Notes: a model not told the origin generated them from the sequence alone. A stretch of 32,000 nt of DNA from Deinococcus radiodurans R1 = ATCC 13939 = DSM 20539 (GCF_000008565.1 NC_001263.1:2353347-2385346); one strand, 5' to 3'; positions 1 through 15,355 are shown, counted from the first letter of the stretch. Program-made: numbers and translations.

Positions 1-881
<881 letters not shown>

Positions 882-921
882 ACCCGCCTACGCCCGCGTC
901 CATCTTGCGATTGGAGAACTT

Positions 922-3815
<2,894 letters not shown>

Positions 3816-3828
3816 ATAACGCGGGAGT

Positions 3829-3865
3829 AGAGGGGCCGGGGCCGTTGCTCTGGCCCTCTTTATTT
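3829..3865 (+). terminator. Rho-independent terminator after pheT
   Basis: AGAGG(G)GCC (3829-3837) pairs with GGCCCTCT (3852-3859) with one bulge, followed by TTTATTT. Confidence 0.5.
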
Positions 3866-3878
3866 GCCAGCATCAGTC

Positions 3879-4499
3879 ATGACCGACCTCTCGGCAGCCT
3901 GGGCCGCTTTTGAAGCGCATGACTACGCGCTGGCTGAACGACAGGCCCAGGCGTTGCTGGCTCACCCCGCGACAGCCAGTGGGGCGCGTTTTATGCTGGG
4001 TTACGTCTACGCGTTTATGGACCGCTTTGACGAGGCGCGGGCCAGTTTCCAGGCGTTGCAGCAGCAGGCGCAGAAGTCAGGTGACCACACCGCCGAGCAC
4101 CGCGCGCTGCATCAGGTCGGCATGGTGGAGCGGATGGCGGGTAACTGGGACGCCGCCCGCCGCTGCTTTCTGGAGGAGCGCGAATTGCTCGCCTCGCTGC
4201 CAGAAGACCCTCTGGCGGCTTCCGCCAACGCTTATGAAGTGGCGACGGTAGCGCTGCACTTCGGCGATCTGGCCGGAGCACGGCAGGAATACGAGAAGAG
4301 CCTGGTCTACGCGCAGCAGGCCGACGATCAGGTAGCGATAGCGTGCGCGTTCCGGGGGCTGGGCGACCTCGCTCAGCAGGAGAAGAATTTGCTCGAAGCG
4401 CAGCAGCACTGGCTCAGGGCACGGGACATTTTTGCGGAACTTGAAGATAGTGAAGCCGTGAATGAGCTCATGACGCGACTGAATGGAACAGAGGGCTGA
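3879..4499 (+). CDS. TPR-like repeat protein (about 206 aa)
   Basis: Repeated roughly 34-40-aa helical units with A/Y/G/L spacing (e.g. ARFMLGYVYAFMDRFDEARASFQALQ, ACAFRGLGDLAQQEKNLLEAQQHWLRARDIF). High GC3 in this frame. The start is uncertain (ATG 3879 or TTG 3864) and there is no clear SD. Confidence 0.55.
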   Translation: MTDLSAAWAAFEAHDYALAERQAQALLAHPATASGARFMLGYVYAFMDRFDEARASFQALQQQAQKSGDHTAEHRALHQVGMVERMAGNWDAARRCFLEERELLASLPEDPLAASANAYEVATVALHFGDLAGARQEYEKSLVYAQQADDQVAIACAFRGLGDLAQQEKNLLEAQQHWLRARDIFAELEDSEAVNELMTRLNGTEG

Positions 4500-4511
4500 C
4501 CTACCCCCCAG

Positions 4512-5585
<1,074 letters not shown>

Positions 5586-5607
5586 GTTAGCGGGACTGGC
5601 GCCGCCA

Positions 5608-5955
5608 TCAGCGCAGATCGAGGGTCAGCCGGGGCGTCCGGTCTTGCCCTAGCCGCGACGCCCCCGTCAGCTTGAGGGTTCCTGCCGGAGTGTTGACCGC
5701 GCGCCCCGGCAGCGTCAGTTTCAGGGTGCGGGTCGCACTTCCCTTCGTCACCATCACGCTCGCCGTGACCTGCCCCGCCAGCAGGCAATAAGCGCGGGGC
5801 GGGCAGCGGCCATCGGTCAGGCGCAGCACGGTCACGGTGGCGCCGCCGACTCTTACGGTCTGTCCAACACGCACGGTCAGGGGCGCCGCCGAGGCGAGAG
5901 GCAAGGCGGCCAGAAGCAGCGTGGTCGGCAGCAGGGTGGTCAGCAGATGGTTCAT
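5608..5955 (-). CDS. Small secreted protein of unknown function (115 aa)
   Basis: ATG at 5955 gives MNHLLTTLLPTTLLLAALPLASA-APLTV, a clear Sec signal peptide with an AxA site. Beta-rich, two Cys. It lies 22 nt upstream of aguA on the same strand. Confidence 0.6.
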   Translation of the reverse strand: MNHLLTTLLPTTLLLAALPLASAAPLTVRVGQTVRVGGATVTVLRLTDGRCPPRAYCLLAGQVTASVMVTKGSATRTLKLTLPGRAVNTPAGTLKLTGASRLGQDRTPRLTLDLR

Positions 5956-6024
5956 GTTCGTTCTACGAGCCAGGGCGGGGGATGGTTGCCTGTCGGCGTC
6001 ACAAGAACCCGTGCCACAGGAACC

Positions 6025-6053
6025 CCAAAAGAAAACGCCCCGCTCCACCGGGG
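6025..6053 (-). terminator. Rho-independent terminator after the acyl-CoA dehydrogenase
   Basis: The minus-strand RNA reads CCCCG-GUGGAG-CGGGG followed by CGUUUUCUUUUGG. Confidence 0.5.
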
Positions 6054-6079
6054 AGCAGGGCGCAGGGGGTCTAAAAGAC

Positions 6080-7918
<1,839 letters not shown>

Positions 7919-8257
7919 GATTCCTCCGTGTAAGGGCAGACTCTTCCCCTGAAGGAGAGCCTGGGCTTTGAAATTGAACCGAGTATAAAACTTTGCGGGG
8001 CGAATGTCATGAGGCCGACTCCCCCGCCCCATTTCCCTGCCTGACAACGTTTTTCGGCTCTGCTACCGGCACTGTAACACCCAGCACCCGGCCAGCCTGC
8101 GCCCTGACCTAGAAACGTCCGACTCGTGAGGTCAGGCGACCACTGTCCTCCAAACGGCCCGGCTTAGTCCTCTCATCAAATGGACAAAAAGTAAACCGTC
8201 TTCTGTCGGACAGTCGCCGTTTATCCGCCTGCTTTTCGGTTATCCTTCCGGGCAGAC

Positions 8258-8953
8258 ATGAACTATCCAAGCTTGGTCTGGCATCTGAAGCGAACCGAAC
8301 TGTTCGCTGATTTTGAGCTGGCCGAACTGGAACAGGTCGCCGCCACGACCCCCTACCGCTCGTATCAGCCGGGCGAAGTGATCTACCGCATGGACGACCC
8401 CGCCGACGCGCTCTACTTCGTGCGCAGCGGGCTGGTCAAGATCAGCAAACTGTTTCCCAACGGCAAGGAGGCGATTCTGGGCGTGGTCGGGCAGCACGAC
8501 ACCTTCGGGGAACTGCTGCTGCAACCCGAGGAGCGCCGCCCCACCCAGGCCGAGGCGCTCGAGCGCACCACCCTGATCGTGCTGCCGCGCCAGGAGCTGC
8601 AAAAACTGCTCAGCACCAAGCCCGACCTCGCCATGAAACTTATTCGCCTGATGGCGGCGCGGCTGTTCGAGGCGCAGGCGTGGACGGCCACCGTGAGCGC
8701 CTACAGCGCGCCCGAACGCGTGGCGAGTCTGCTCTACCGCCTCGCCCGCGAGTTCGGGCGTCCGCACAGTCAGGGCGTGGAGCTCAACCTCAAGCTCAAC
8801 CAGGAAGACATCGCCCGTATGGTCGGAGCCACCCGCGAAACGGTCAGCCACAGCCTCAGCCGCCTGAAAAAGGGCGGCGCCATCGTTCGTGCCCGCTCGC
8901 CGATCATCGTGCAGATGGACGCGCTCAAGGCTTTTATCGATCAGGAACACTGA
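8258..8953 (+). CDS. Crp/Fnr-family transcriptional regulator (231 aa)
   Basis: N-terminal cNMP-binding beta-barrel (GEVIYRMDDPADALYFVRSGLVKISK...GE). C-terminal HTH QEDIARMVGATRETVSHSLSRLKK. Confidence 0.9.
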   Translation: MNYPSLVWHLKRTELFADFELAELEQVAATTPYRSYQPGEVIYRMDDPADALYFVRSGLVKISKLFPNGKEAILGVVGQHDTFGELLLQPEERRPTQAEALERTTLIVLPRQELQKLLSTKPDLAMKLIRLMAARLFEAQAWTATVSAYSAPERVASLLYRLAREFGRPHSQGVELNLKLNQEDIARMVGATRETVSHSLSRLKKGGAIVRARSPIIVQMDALKAFIDQEH

Positions 8954-9064
8954 GCCCGAGTTGATTGACAGAAAAATGGAGGTAGCCAGTCAACCTGCCC
9001 TAGCTCAAGACTTTCCCCGCCTGGGTATCACGTCCCCGCCAGAGCCGCTCTGTACCTTCGGGGC

Positions 9065-9547
9065 ATGACCCAGCCCGTTTCTTCGGTTCCCGGCTCTTCC
9101 CTTTCCGGCGCAGGTTTTCAGCGACTGCTGGTCGGGATCGATTTCTCGCCCTCGTCGTTGCACGCCCTTGAAGTGGCGCGGACCCGCTTTCCCGGCGCGC
9201 GGCTGCGGCTCGCCCACGTGACCGACGCCCGCGCGGTGGCGGCTCCCGACGTGGTGGGCGGCGTCACGCCGATCATGCCCGACCCGGGGCTGCTGCAAAC
9301 GCTCGAAGACGCCGATTCCAACCGGCTCTCGGGGCTGATCCGCGACGGTGAGGAAAGCGAGCTGCTCGTCGGCGATCCCATCACGGGGCTGCTCGACGCG
9401 GCCCGGGCGTGGGGCGCGGACCTGATCGTGGTCGGCACCCACCCGCAGGGCGCGCTGGAACACTTTTTCATCGGCAGCAGCGCCGAGAAGCTGGTGGGCC
9501 GCAGCGCGGTGCCGGTGCTGTGCGTGCCCTCGGGAGCACACAGATGA
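9065..9547 (+). CDS. Universal stress protein (UspA family, 160 aa)
   Basis: LLVGIDFS... N-terminus and C-terminal [36 protein letters not shown] (G-x2-G-x9-G-S/T ATP-binding motif). Confidence 0.85.
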   Translation: MTQPVSSVPGSSLSGAGFQRLLVGIDFSPSSLHALEVARTRFPGARLRLAHVTDARAVAAPDVVGGVTPIMPDPGLLQTLEDADSNRLSGLIRDGEESELLVGDPITGLLDAARAWGADLIVVGTHPQGALEHFFIGSSAEKLVGRSAVPVLCVPSGAHR

Positions 9548-10458
9548 AAGTCGGCGTGGTCGGCACCGGCTTCGTCGGTTCGACGGCGGCCTTCGCGCTG
9601 GTGCTGCGCGGTAGTTGCAGCGAACTGGTGCTGGTCGACCGCGACGAGGACCGCGCCCAGGCCGAGGCCGAGGACATCGCCCACGCCGCCCCGGTCAGCC
9701 ACGGCACCCGCGTCTGGCACGGGGGACACAGCGAGCTTGCCGACGCCCAGGTGGTGATTCTGACCGCCGGGGCCAACCAGAAACCGGGCGAAAGCCGCCT
9801 GGACCTGCTGGAAAAGAATGCCGACATCTTCCGCGAACTCGTGCCGCAGATTACCCGCGCCGCGCCGGACGCCGTCCTGCTGGTCACCAGCAACCCGGTG
9901 GACCTGCTGACCGATCTGGCGACGCAGCTCGCGCCGGGGCAACCGGTGATCGGTTCGGGAACCGTGCTCGACAGTGCGCGCTTTCGGCACCTGATGGCGC
10001 AGCATGCGGGGGTAGACGGCACGCACGCGCACGGCTATGTGCTGGGCGAACACGGCGACTCGGAAGTGCTGGCGTGGAGCAGCGCCATGGTCGCCGGAAT
10101 GCCGGTGGCCGACTTCATGCAGGCCCAGAACCTCCCCTGGAACGAGCAGGTGCGCGCCAAAATCGATGAGGGCACCCGCAACGCCGCCGCCAGCATCATC
10201 GAGGGCAAGCGGGCCACCTACTACGGCATCGGCGCGGCGCTCGCCCGCATCACCGAGGCCGTGCTGCGTGACCGCCGCGCCGTCCTGACCGTCAGTGCGC
10301 CGACCCCCGAATACGGCGTGAGCCTCAGCCTGCCGCGTGTCGTGGGCCGTCAGGGGGTGCTGTCCACCCTGCACCCCAAGCTGACCGGCGACGAGCAACA
10401 GAAGCTGGAACAGAGTGCCGGGGTGCTGCGCGGCTTCAAGCAGCAGCTCGGCCTGTGA
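9544..10458 (+). CDS. ldh: L-lactate dehydrogenase (304 aa)
   Basis: [13 protein letters not shown] Rossmann motif, [20 protein letters not shown] and GEHGDS motifs. ATG 9544 overlaps the usp stop (ATGA). Confidence 0.92.
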   Translation: MKVGVVGTGFVGSTAAFALVLRGSCSELVLVDRDEDRAQAEAEDIAHAAPVSHGTRVWHGGHSELADAQVVILTAGANQKPGESRLDLLEKNADIFRELVPQITRAAPDAVLLVTSNPVDLLTDLATQLAPGQPVIGSGTVLDSARFRHLMAQHAGVDGTHAHGYVLGEHGDSEVLAWSSAMVAGMPVADFMQAQNLPWNEQVRAKIDEGTRNAAASIIEGKRATYYGIGAALARITEAVLRDRRAVLTVSAPTPEYGVSLSLPRVVGRQGVLSTLHPKLTGDEQQKLEQSAGVLRGFKQQLGL

Positions 10459-11174
10459 CGCCGACGCTCCAGACCGTCTACGGCGAGGCGCAGCCGCTCG
10501 ACTGGCTGTGCCTCGCCCCCCACCCCGACGACGCCGAAATCGGCGCGGGCGGCACGCTGATCCGGCTGGCGCAGGCGGGCCGGGCAGTGGGGATTCTGGA
10601 ACTCACGCGCGGTGAAAAGGGCACCCAGGGGACGCCCGCCGAGCGGCAGGCCGAGTGCGTGGCGGCGGCCCGCCTGATGGACCTGAGCTGGCGCGGCCAA
10701 CTCGGGCTGCCCGATGGGGAACTCGCCGACACGCCGCCCTTTGCTCACGCGTTGGCCGCCGCCCTGCGCACGGTGCGGCCCCGCGTGCTGGTGGTGCCGC
10801 ACTGGCACGACCGCCACCCCGACCACTTCGGGACCTACCACCTCACCAAGCGGGCCATTCACCTCGCGGCGCTGAAAAAGGCTGACCTCGGCGGCGATCC
10901 CTGGCGGGTGCAGCGGGTGCTGCTCTATCAGGGCAACTCGGACATCAGCGCCAACGTGCTGGTAGACATCGGTAGTGTGATGACCGAGTGGGAAGCCGCC
11001 ATCCGGGCGCACACCTCGCAGTTCGCGGGGGGCTACGTGTCGGAGACGGTCACGCCCGAAATCATCGAGCGGCGTCAGGGCCGCCTGACCTACTGGGGCA
11101 CCCTGCTGCGGGTGAAATACGCCGAGCCCTTCGAGGCCGAGGAACCGCTTTTGCTCGACCCCTTGGGCCTCTGA
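10455..11174 (+). CDS. bshB1: PIG-L/LmbE-family deacetylase, probable bacillithiol biosynthesis deacetylase
   Basis: [14 protein letters not shown] and HWHDRHPDH zinc-binding motifs of the LmbE family. GTG 10455 overlaps the ldh stop (GTGA). The BshB1 assignment is by family resemblance only. Confidence 0.75.
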   Translation: MTPTLQTVYGEAQPLDWLCLAPHPDDAEIGAGGTLIRLAQAGRAVGILELTRGEKGTQGTPAERQAECVAAARLMDLSWRGQLGLPDGELADTPPFAHALAAALRTVRPRVLVVPHWHDRHPDHFGTYHLTKRAIHLAALKKADLGGDPWRVQRVLLYQGNSDISANVLVDIGSVMTEWEAAIRAHTSQFAGGYVSETVTPEIIERRQGRLTYWGTLLRVKYAEPFEAEEPLLLDPLGL

Positions 11175-11198
11175 ACAGCGGATCAAGCCCCAAAAGCA

Positions 11199-11225
11199 GC
11201 CCCCGGAAGTTCAGGTTCCGGGGGC
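11199..11225. terminator. Bidirectional hairpin terminator
   Basis: GCCCCCGGAA (11199-11208), 7-nt loop, TTCCGGGGGC (11216-11225). It is followed by TCGCTTCTT on plus and by UGCUUUUG on minus. Confidence 0.55.
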
Positions 11226-11360
11226 TCGCTTCTTGGAAGAGATCAAGTCGGGCAGTTGTCCGAGCAGTTGGGGCCGACAAATCTGCCGGTGCAGTCCTGT
11301 TCGGCTTTGTTCTGGCCGTGTCCATTGTTCTGCGACGTGGCGTGTTCGTGGTTCTCAGGC

Positions 11361-11386
11361 AAAACAAAACCCCCCGCGTGGGGGGG
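11361..11386 (-). terminator. Rho-independent terminator of rpmF
   Basis: The minus-strand RNA reads CCCCCC-ACGC-GGGGGG followed by UUUUGUUUUG. It begins about 20 nt after the rpmF stop. Confidence 0.6.
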
Positions 11387-11406
11387 CAGAGGTCCAGCCG
11401 AGGACG

Positions 11407-11589
<183 letters not shown>

Positions 11590-11692
11590 GATCTTTCTCC
11601 TCGGGGAGCCACACGGCGCGTCTCGCCGGGGCCTTCTTCTCGGAACGTGGCCCCCAGCACGGACGGGAGGCCGGTTCGAGACAACAGCGGGG

Positions 11693-11722
11693 AGTATACC
11701 ACGCTGGGCGGCACTCTGACAA
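11693..11722 (-). promoter_or_regulatory. Candidate sigma-70 promoter for rpmF
   Basis: Minus strand TTGTCA (11722-11717), 18-nt spacer, TGgTATACT (extended -10, hexamer 11698-11693). This would give a 5-prime UTR of roughly 95 nt. Sequence-pattern match only. Confidence 0.4.
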
Positions 11723-11737
11723 AAGGGCCGTCACGCT

Positions 11738-12021
11738 TCAGCGGGGAGCTGTGCGGTCGTGAACATAGCAGTAGGCCCAGGCCTCGCCCGGTTCCAGGCT
11801 GCGGATCACCGGGTGCGCGCTGGACTGGGCGTGGGCGGTGGCGTGCCTGTTGGGCGAGGAATCGCAGCAGCCGGTGTGGCCGCAGTCATGCACACGCGCA
11901 GGTGCACCCACGAGTCGCCCTGCGCCACACATTCTGGACAGGTGTCCAGGCTGTCCGGATGCACCACGGTGACGCTGTGGGCGTGGTCGCACATCTGCTG
12001 CTGCTCCGCGCTGAGGGTCAT
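11738..12021 (-). pseudogene. UBP-type zinc-finger (zf-UBP) protein gene carrying a 1-nt frameshift
   Basis: Frame A (ATG 12021) gives MTLSAEQQQMCDHAHSVTVVHPDSLDTCPECVAQGDSWVHLRVCMT. Frame B continues CGHTGCCDSSPNRHATAHAQSSAHPVIRSLEPGEAWAYCYVHDRTAPR to stop 11738. Joined, they form an uninterrupted bacterial zf-UBP domain. The junction is atgac^tgcggc at about 11884/11885, with one base missing. Confidence 0.75.
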
Positions 12022-12041
12022 GGGCGGCGTGCTGGGCAGCG

Positions 12042-13769
12042 TCACAGGCCCAGCACGCCGCGAGCCACGGCGTCGGTACTCGTCAGGACGTGGGTGGCCC
12101 CCACGCCGCGCAGGGTGGCAATCTCGCCGGGTTCGTCGGTATGCGCCACGATGGTCAGCTCCGGATTCAGGGTGCGGGCCACGCCGATTACCCGCGCCGT
12201 CATTTCCGGGACGTCGTCGAGAACCACCAGCGCGCGGGCCGAGGCCAGCCCGGCGTCGCCCAGCAGCCCAGCGCGGGCATAGTCCCCGATAAGGACCGGA
12301 TACCCGTGCGCGGTGACCTGCGCGGCCCCGTCCGGACTGAGGGTCAGCACCCCGAACGGGACCTGCTGCGCCGCCAGCCCCTTGACCAGCCGCCGCGCGT
12401 GGTCCCCGAAACCTGCCACCAGCACGTGCCCGCTCAGGTGCGCCAGCGGGGCCTCGGGGTTGGGCTCGGCCCGGGTGGGAGCTTCGGCGGGCGCGGCGGT
12501 AGGTGCGGGGCGCGCGCGGCCCAGGGCACCCAGGCGTTCGCCCAGGGTCGCCATGACCGGCGTGAGGGCCATGAGCAGCACCGTCGCGGCGATGAAGGTC
12601 TGGGTGCCCGTCTCGCCCAGACCGGCCGGACTGAGGCCCAGCGCCCGCCCGCTGCTCTCCAGCACGAACGAGAACTCGCCGACCTGCGCCAGCAGCCAGC
12701 CGGTCGCGGCGGCGGTCGCCAGCGGGAACCCCAGCAGCCGCACACTGAGGGCCGCCGCGAGCGCCTTGAGCACGGCGAAGACGGCCACGGCTCCCAGCAC
12801 CAGGGGCAGGTGCGTCCACAGGAAACCCAGGTCGAGCTGCAAGCCCACCGACAGGAAAAACGCCGCGCTGAACAGGATCTGTAGGGGCAGGATTTCTCCG
12901 AAGGCCTGCTGCCCGAAACGGCTCTCGCTGACGAGGAGCCCGGCCAGGAAGGCCCCGAGCGCCAGGCTGACCCCGGCCAGACTGGTCAGGTACGCCGTGG
13001 CGAAACACAGCGACAGTGTGCTGAGCAGAAAAATCTCCTGCGAGCAGGTGCGGGCCACCACCTCCAGCAGTTTCGGCACGACCCGCCGCGCCAGCAGCAG
13101 CACCGCCGCCACGATTCCCCCGGCCTTGAGCAGCGCCACGACCAGGCCGCCCGCCCCGCCGCCCTGTCCGGCGAGCATGGGCACCAGCAGCACCATGACC
13201 ACCACCGCCAGATCCTGAAAGATCAGGATGCCCAGGCTGGCCTGCCCGGTCGGCGACCCCACCCCGCCGCGCGACTCCAGAATCTTGGTGACGATGGCGG
13301 TGCTCGACAGGCTGAGCAGAAAACCCGTGAACACGGCGTTGGGCAGGCTGACCCCGAAGGCCAGCAGCACGCCCGTGACCGCTGCGACCGTCAGGAGCAC
13401 CTGAAGGCCGCCCCCCACGAAAATCAGCCGGAAGATGCGGGCGAGTTTGTCCAGGCTGAACTCGATGCCGATGGTAAAGAGCAGCAGCATCACCCCGATC
13501 TCGGATGCCGCGCCGATCAGGGCCGGGTCGTCGATGATGCCCAGCGCCGACGGCCCGGCCAGCACCCCCGCGAACAGAAACCCGATGATGGGCACCAGTC
13601 CCAGCCGGAACGATGCGAAGGCCGTGGCTCCTGCCACGAGCAGCAGCAGGGTCAGTTGCCCCATGAAGGCGGGCGGGCCGCTGGCATGACTTGCAGCGGA
13701 CGTGGCCGCCAGAGCAGAGGTCAACACAAAGGGCAGCAGCAGCAGAAACCAGGAAACGCGCATATCCAT
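12042..13769 (-). CDS. Cation:proton antiporter (CPA2, Kef-type) with C-terminal RCK/TrkA-N domain (575 aa)
   Basis: Multi-TM Na+/H+ exchanger domain (GFLFAGVLAGPSALG, EIGVMLLLFTIGIEFS) plus a C-terminal Rossmann GHVLVAGFGDHARRLV...TIVAHT. Confidence 0.88.
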   Translation of the reverse strand: MDMRVSWFLLLLPFVLTSALAATSAASHASGPPAFMGQLTLLLLVAGATAFASFRLGLVPIIGFLFAGVLAGPSALGIIDDPALIGAASEIGVMLLLFTIGIEFSLDKLARIFRLIFVGGGLQVLLTVAAVTGVLLAFGVSLPNAVFTGFLLSLSSTAIVTKILESRGGVGSPTGQASLGILIFQDLAVVVMVLLVPMLAGQGGGAGGLVVALLKAGGIVAAVLLLARRVVPKLLEVVARTCSQEIFLLSTLSLCFATAYLTSLAGVSLALGAFLAGLLVSESRFGQQAFGEILPLQILFSAAFFLSVGLQLDLGFLWTHLPLVLGAVAVFAVLKALAAALSVRLLGFPLATAAATGWLLAQVGEFSFVLESSGRALGLSPAGLGETGTQTFIAATVLLMALTPVMATLGERLGALGRARPAPTAAPAEAPTRAEPNPEAPLAHLSGHVLVAGFGDHARRLVKGLAAQQVPFGVLTLSPDGAAQVTAHGYPVLIGDYARAGLLGDAGLASARALVVLDDVPEMTARVIGVARTLNPELTIVAHTDEPGEIATLRGVGATHVLTSTDAVARGVLGL

Positions 13770-13802
13770 CCCATTGTGTGCCCTGGGGCCGTAGACCGCA
13801 CC

Positions 13803-13831
13803 CCCCCGCAGGCCGGACGCCCCCGCAGGCC
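13803..13831. repeat. Tandem direct repeat CCCCCGCAGGCC x2 (period 17)
   Basis: Identical 12-mers at 13803-13814 and 13820-13831 in the divergent antiporter/TRIC intergenic region. Confidence 0.9.
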
Positions 13832-13866
13832 TTCATGCCGCCCGCTGCGCGTCCGGACCGGCCCAT

Positions 13867-13900
13867 GTACCGGGGGTCTGCCTCGTACCGGGGGTCTGCC
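13867..13900. repeat. Tandem direct repeat GTACCGGGGGTCTGCC x2 (period 18)
   Basis: Identical 16-mers at 13867-13882 and 13885-13900, ending 14 nt upstream of the GTG start at 13914. Confidence 0.9.
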
Positions 13901-13913
13901 CTAGATTGAACGG

Positions 13914-14561
13914 GTGAACGACACGTTGCTCACGACCTATACCCTGGCCGAGGGCCTGCACTGGCTGGACCTGATCGGGGTGCTGGCCTTTGCCATGTCG
14001 GGAGCACTGCTGGGGGTGCGTAAGCGGTTTGATCTGTTCGGCGTGCTGGTGCTGGGCGCAGTCACGGCGGTGGGCGGCGGCGCCATCCGCGACTCGCTGA
14101 CCGGGCAAACCCCGCCGCTGTTTCTGCGTGACGAAACCTACCTCTGGACCGCGCTGCTCGGCGCGCTGCTGGCCTTCGCGTTCGGTGAGCGCCTCGCCCG
14201 CTTCGAGCGCACACTGAGCCTCTTCGACTCGGCGGGGCTGGCCCTGTTCGCTACGTCGGGCGCCCTGGGGGCCATCAAAATCGGGCTGGGGCCGCTGGGC
14301 GTGGTGTTTGCGGGCATGCTCAGTGGGGTGGGCGGCGGCATCATCCGTGACCTGATCGCCAACGAAGTGCCCGAGGTGATGTACCGCCGCGACCAGCTCT
14401 ACGCCACCGCCGCCGCTGCCGGAGCAGGCGCGGTATGGCTGCTCGCGCCGCATTTCACGCCCTTTCAGGCGCAGGCGGGTGGGGCGCTGCTGGTGCTTTT
14501 TCTGCGTTGGGTGTCGCGCCGCCAGTGGGTGCGCTTGCCGGTGCGCCGACTGCCCGAATAG
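13914..14561 (+). CDS. Trimeric intracellular cation channel family / UPF0126 membrane protein (215 aa)
   Basis: Two UPF0126 repeats, each with a glycine-rich motif (AVGGGAIRDSL and GVGGGIIRDLI). About 7 TM segments. GTG start. Confidence 0.8.
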   Translation: MNDTLLTTYTLAEGLHWLDLIGVLAFAMSGALLGVRKRFDLFGVLVLGAVTAVGGGAIRDSLTGQTPPLFLRDETYLWTALLGALLAFAFGERLARFERTLSLFDSAGLALFATSGALGAIKIGLGPLGVVFAGMLSGVGGGIIRDLIANEVPEVMYRRDQLYATAAAAGAGAVWLLAPHFTPFQAQAGGALLVLFLRWVSRRQWVRLPVRRLPE

Positions 14562-14576
14562 CCAGCAAAAGGAAGC

Positions 14577-14598
14577 GCCCAGAACCTTTGCTCTGGGC
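14577..14598. terminator. Hairpin between convergent genes (possible bidirectional terminator)
   Basis: GCCCAGA (14577-14583) pairs with TCTGGGC (14592-14598). There is no strong T-tract. Confidence 0.35.
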
Positions 14599-14628
14599 AC
14601 CCTTACAGTCAGTGGATATTTCAGATGT

Positions 14629-15096
14629 TCAGGCAGCGTACTGGCCGCGCAGCCGGTCGAGCAGCGGCACCAGTTCGTCGCGCAGGTTTTCGGGCAGCAG
14701 CAGCTCGACGCCGATGAGGAAGTTGGCCGCTTCTTGCAGGGGAATGGCGCGCGGCTCGCAGCGGCTCATCTGGGCAGCGCGGGTCAGCAGGCCTTCACCG
14801 TCGGGGCCGAGGGCTTCGAGCAGACAGTCCCACAGCGGGGCGGGCTCGTTGGGCGCCAGTTCGCGCATGCTCAGGTCGGCCCAGCCCTGCTGGTAGGCGC
14901 GGCGCGTGAGCTTGAGGCACACTTGCAGCGGCAGGTGCAGCAGTTCGGCCACCTGCTCCACCGTGCGCACACCGTCGCAGGCCCGCAGCAGCTTCTTGCA
15001 CCAGTAGCACGTCACGCCGGCGCCGGGCCGGGGGCGCAGAACGACGTGAGCGAGAGTAGAAGTGGGGACGGGCGCGGTCAGAAGCTGAGTGATCAC
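14629..15096 (-). CDS. Hypothetical protein (155 aa from GTG 15096)
   Basis: High GC3 in this frame. GAGGAG lies 5 nt upstream of GTG 15096. I recognise no family. RTVEQVAELLHLPLQVCLKLTRRAYQQG is a possible HTH-like stretch. Confidence 0.5.
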   Translation of the reverse strand: MITQLLTAPVPTSTLAHVVLRPRPGAGVTCYWCKKLLRACDGVRTVEQVAELLHLPLQVCLKLTRRAYQQGWADLSMRELAPNEPAPLWDCLLEALGPDGEGLLTRAAQMSRCEPRAIPLQEAANFLIGVELLLPENLRDELVPLLDRLRGQYAA

Positions 15097-15355
15097 GGGA
15101 ACTCCTCGGCAAACAGGGAAGGAAGGAAAGCGCAACGGACGTTGAAACCTGAGTGGATGGCTTTAAGTAATCTTAAGTTTTTACCCATAGAGCGGCGCCG
15201 ATAAATTTCACATTTTGAGCCCCCCCATTTGGTGGGGTTCGTCAATTGGTGAGGTGGTGAGCGGGCAGACTCACCAGTTTCAGTGGTCAGCGGCCCGTGT
15301 CCAGCTATCCTGGCAGGTCACCGTCTGCGCCTGGGGGTCACGTTAGACTGCCGCC

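Noticed and set aside
8201-8215. Possible Deinococcus radiation/desiccation response motif (RDRM) at TTCTGTCGGACAGTC
   Set aside because: As I remember it, the RDRM is a 17-bp dyad with longer central spacing and terminal TT...AA. This dyad has only a 1-nt centre and lacks the AA end. No gene here belongs to the regulon as I recall it.
11806-13866. 686-aa ORF on the minus strand
   Set aside because: It overlaps the Kef-type antiporter in another frame and is Arg/Gly/Pro/Ala-rich junk. Only its last 71 codons are real, being the N-terminus of the frameshifted zf-UBP gene.
13867-13900. Possible CRISPR or other repeat array
   Set aside because: Only two copies of a 16-mer are present, separated by 2 nt. 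There are no spacers, no further repeats and no cas genes in the window.
15231-15250. tRNA-like GGTTCG T-loop motif in the lpdA upstream region
   Set aside because: No flanking 5-bp T-stem, acceptor stem or anticodon arm can be drawn. It is an isolated hexamer match.
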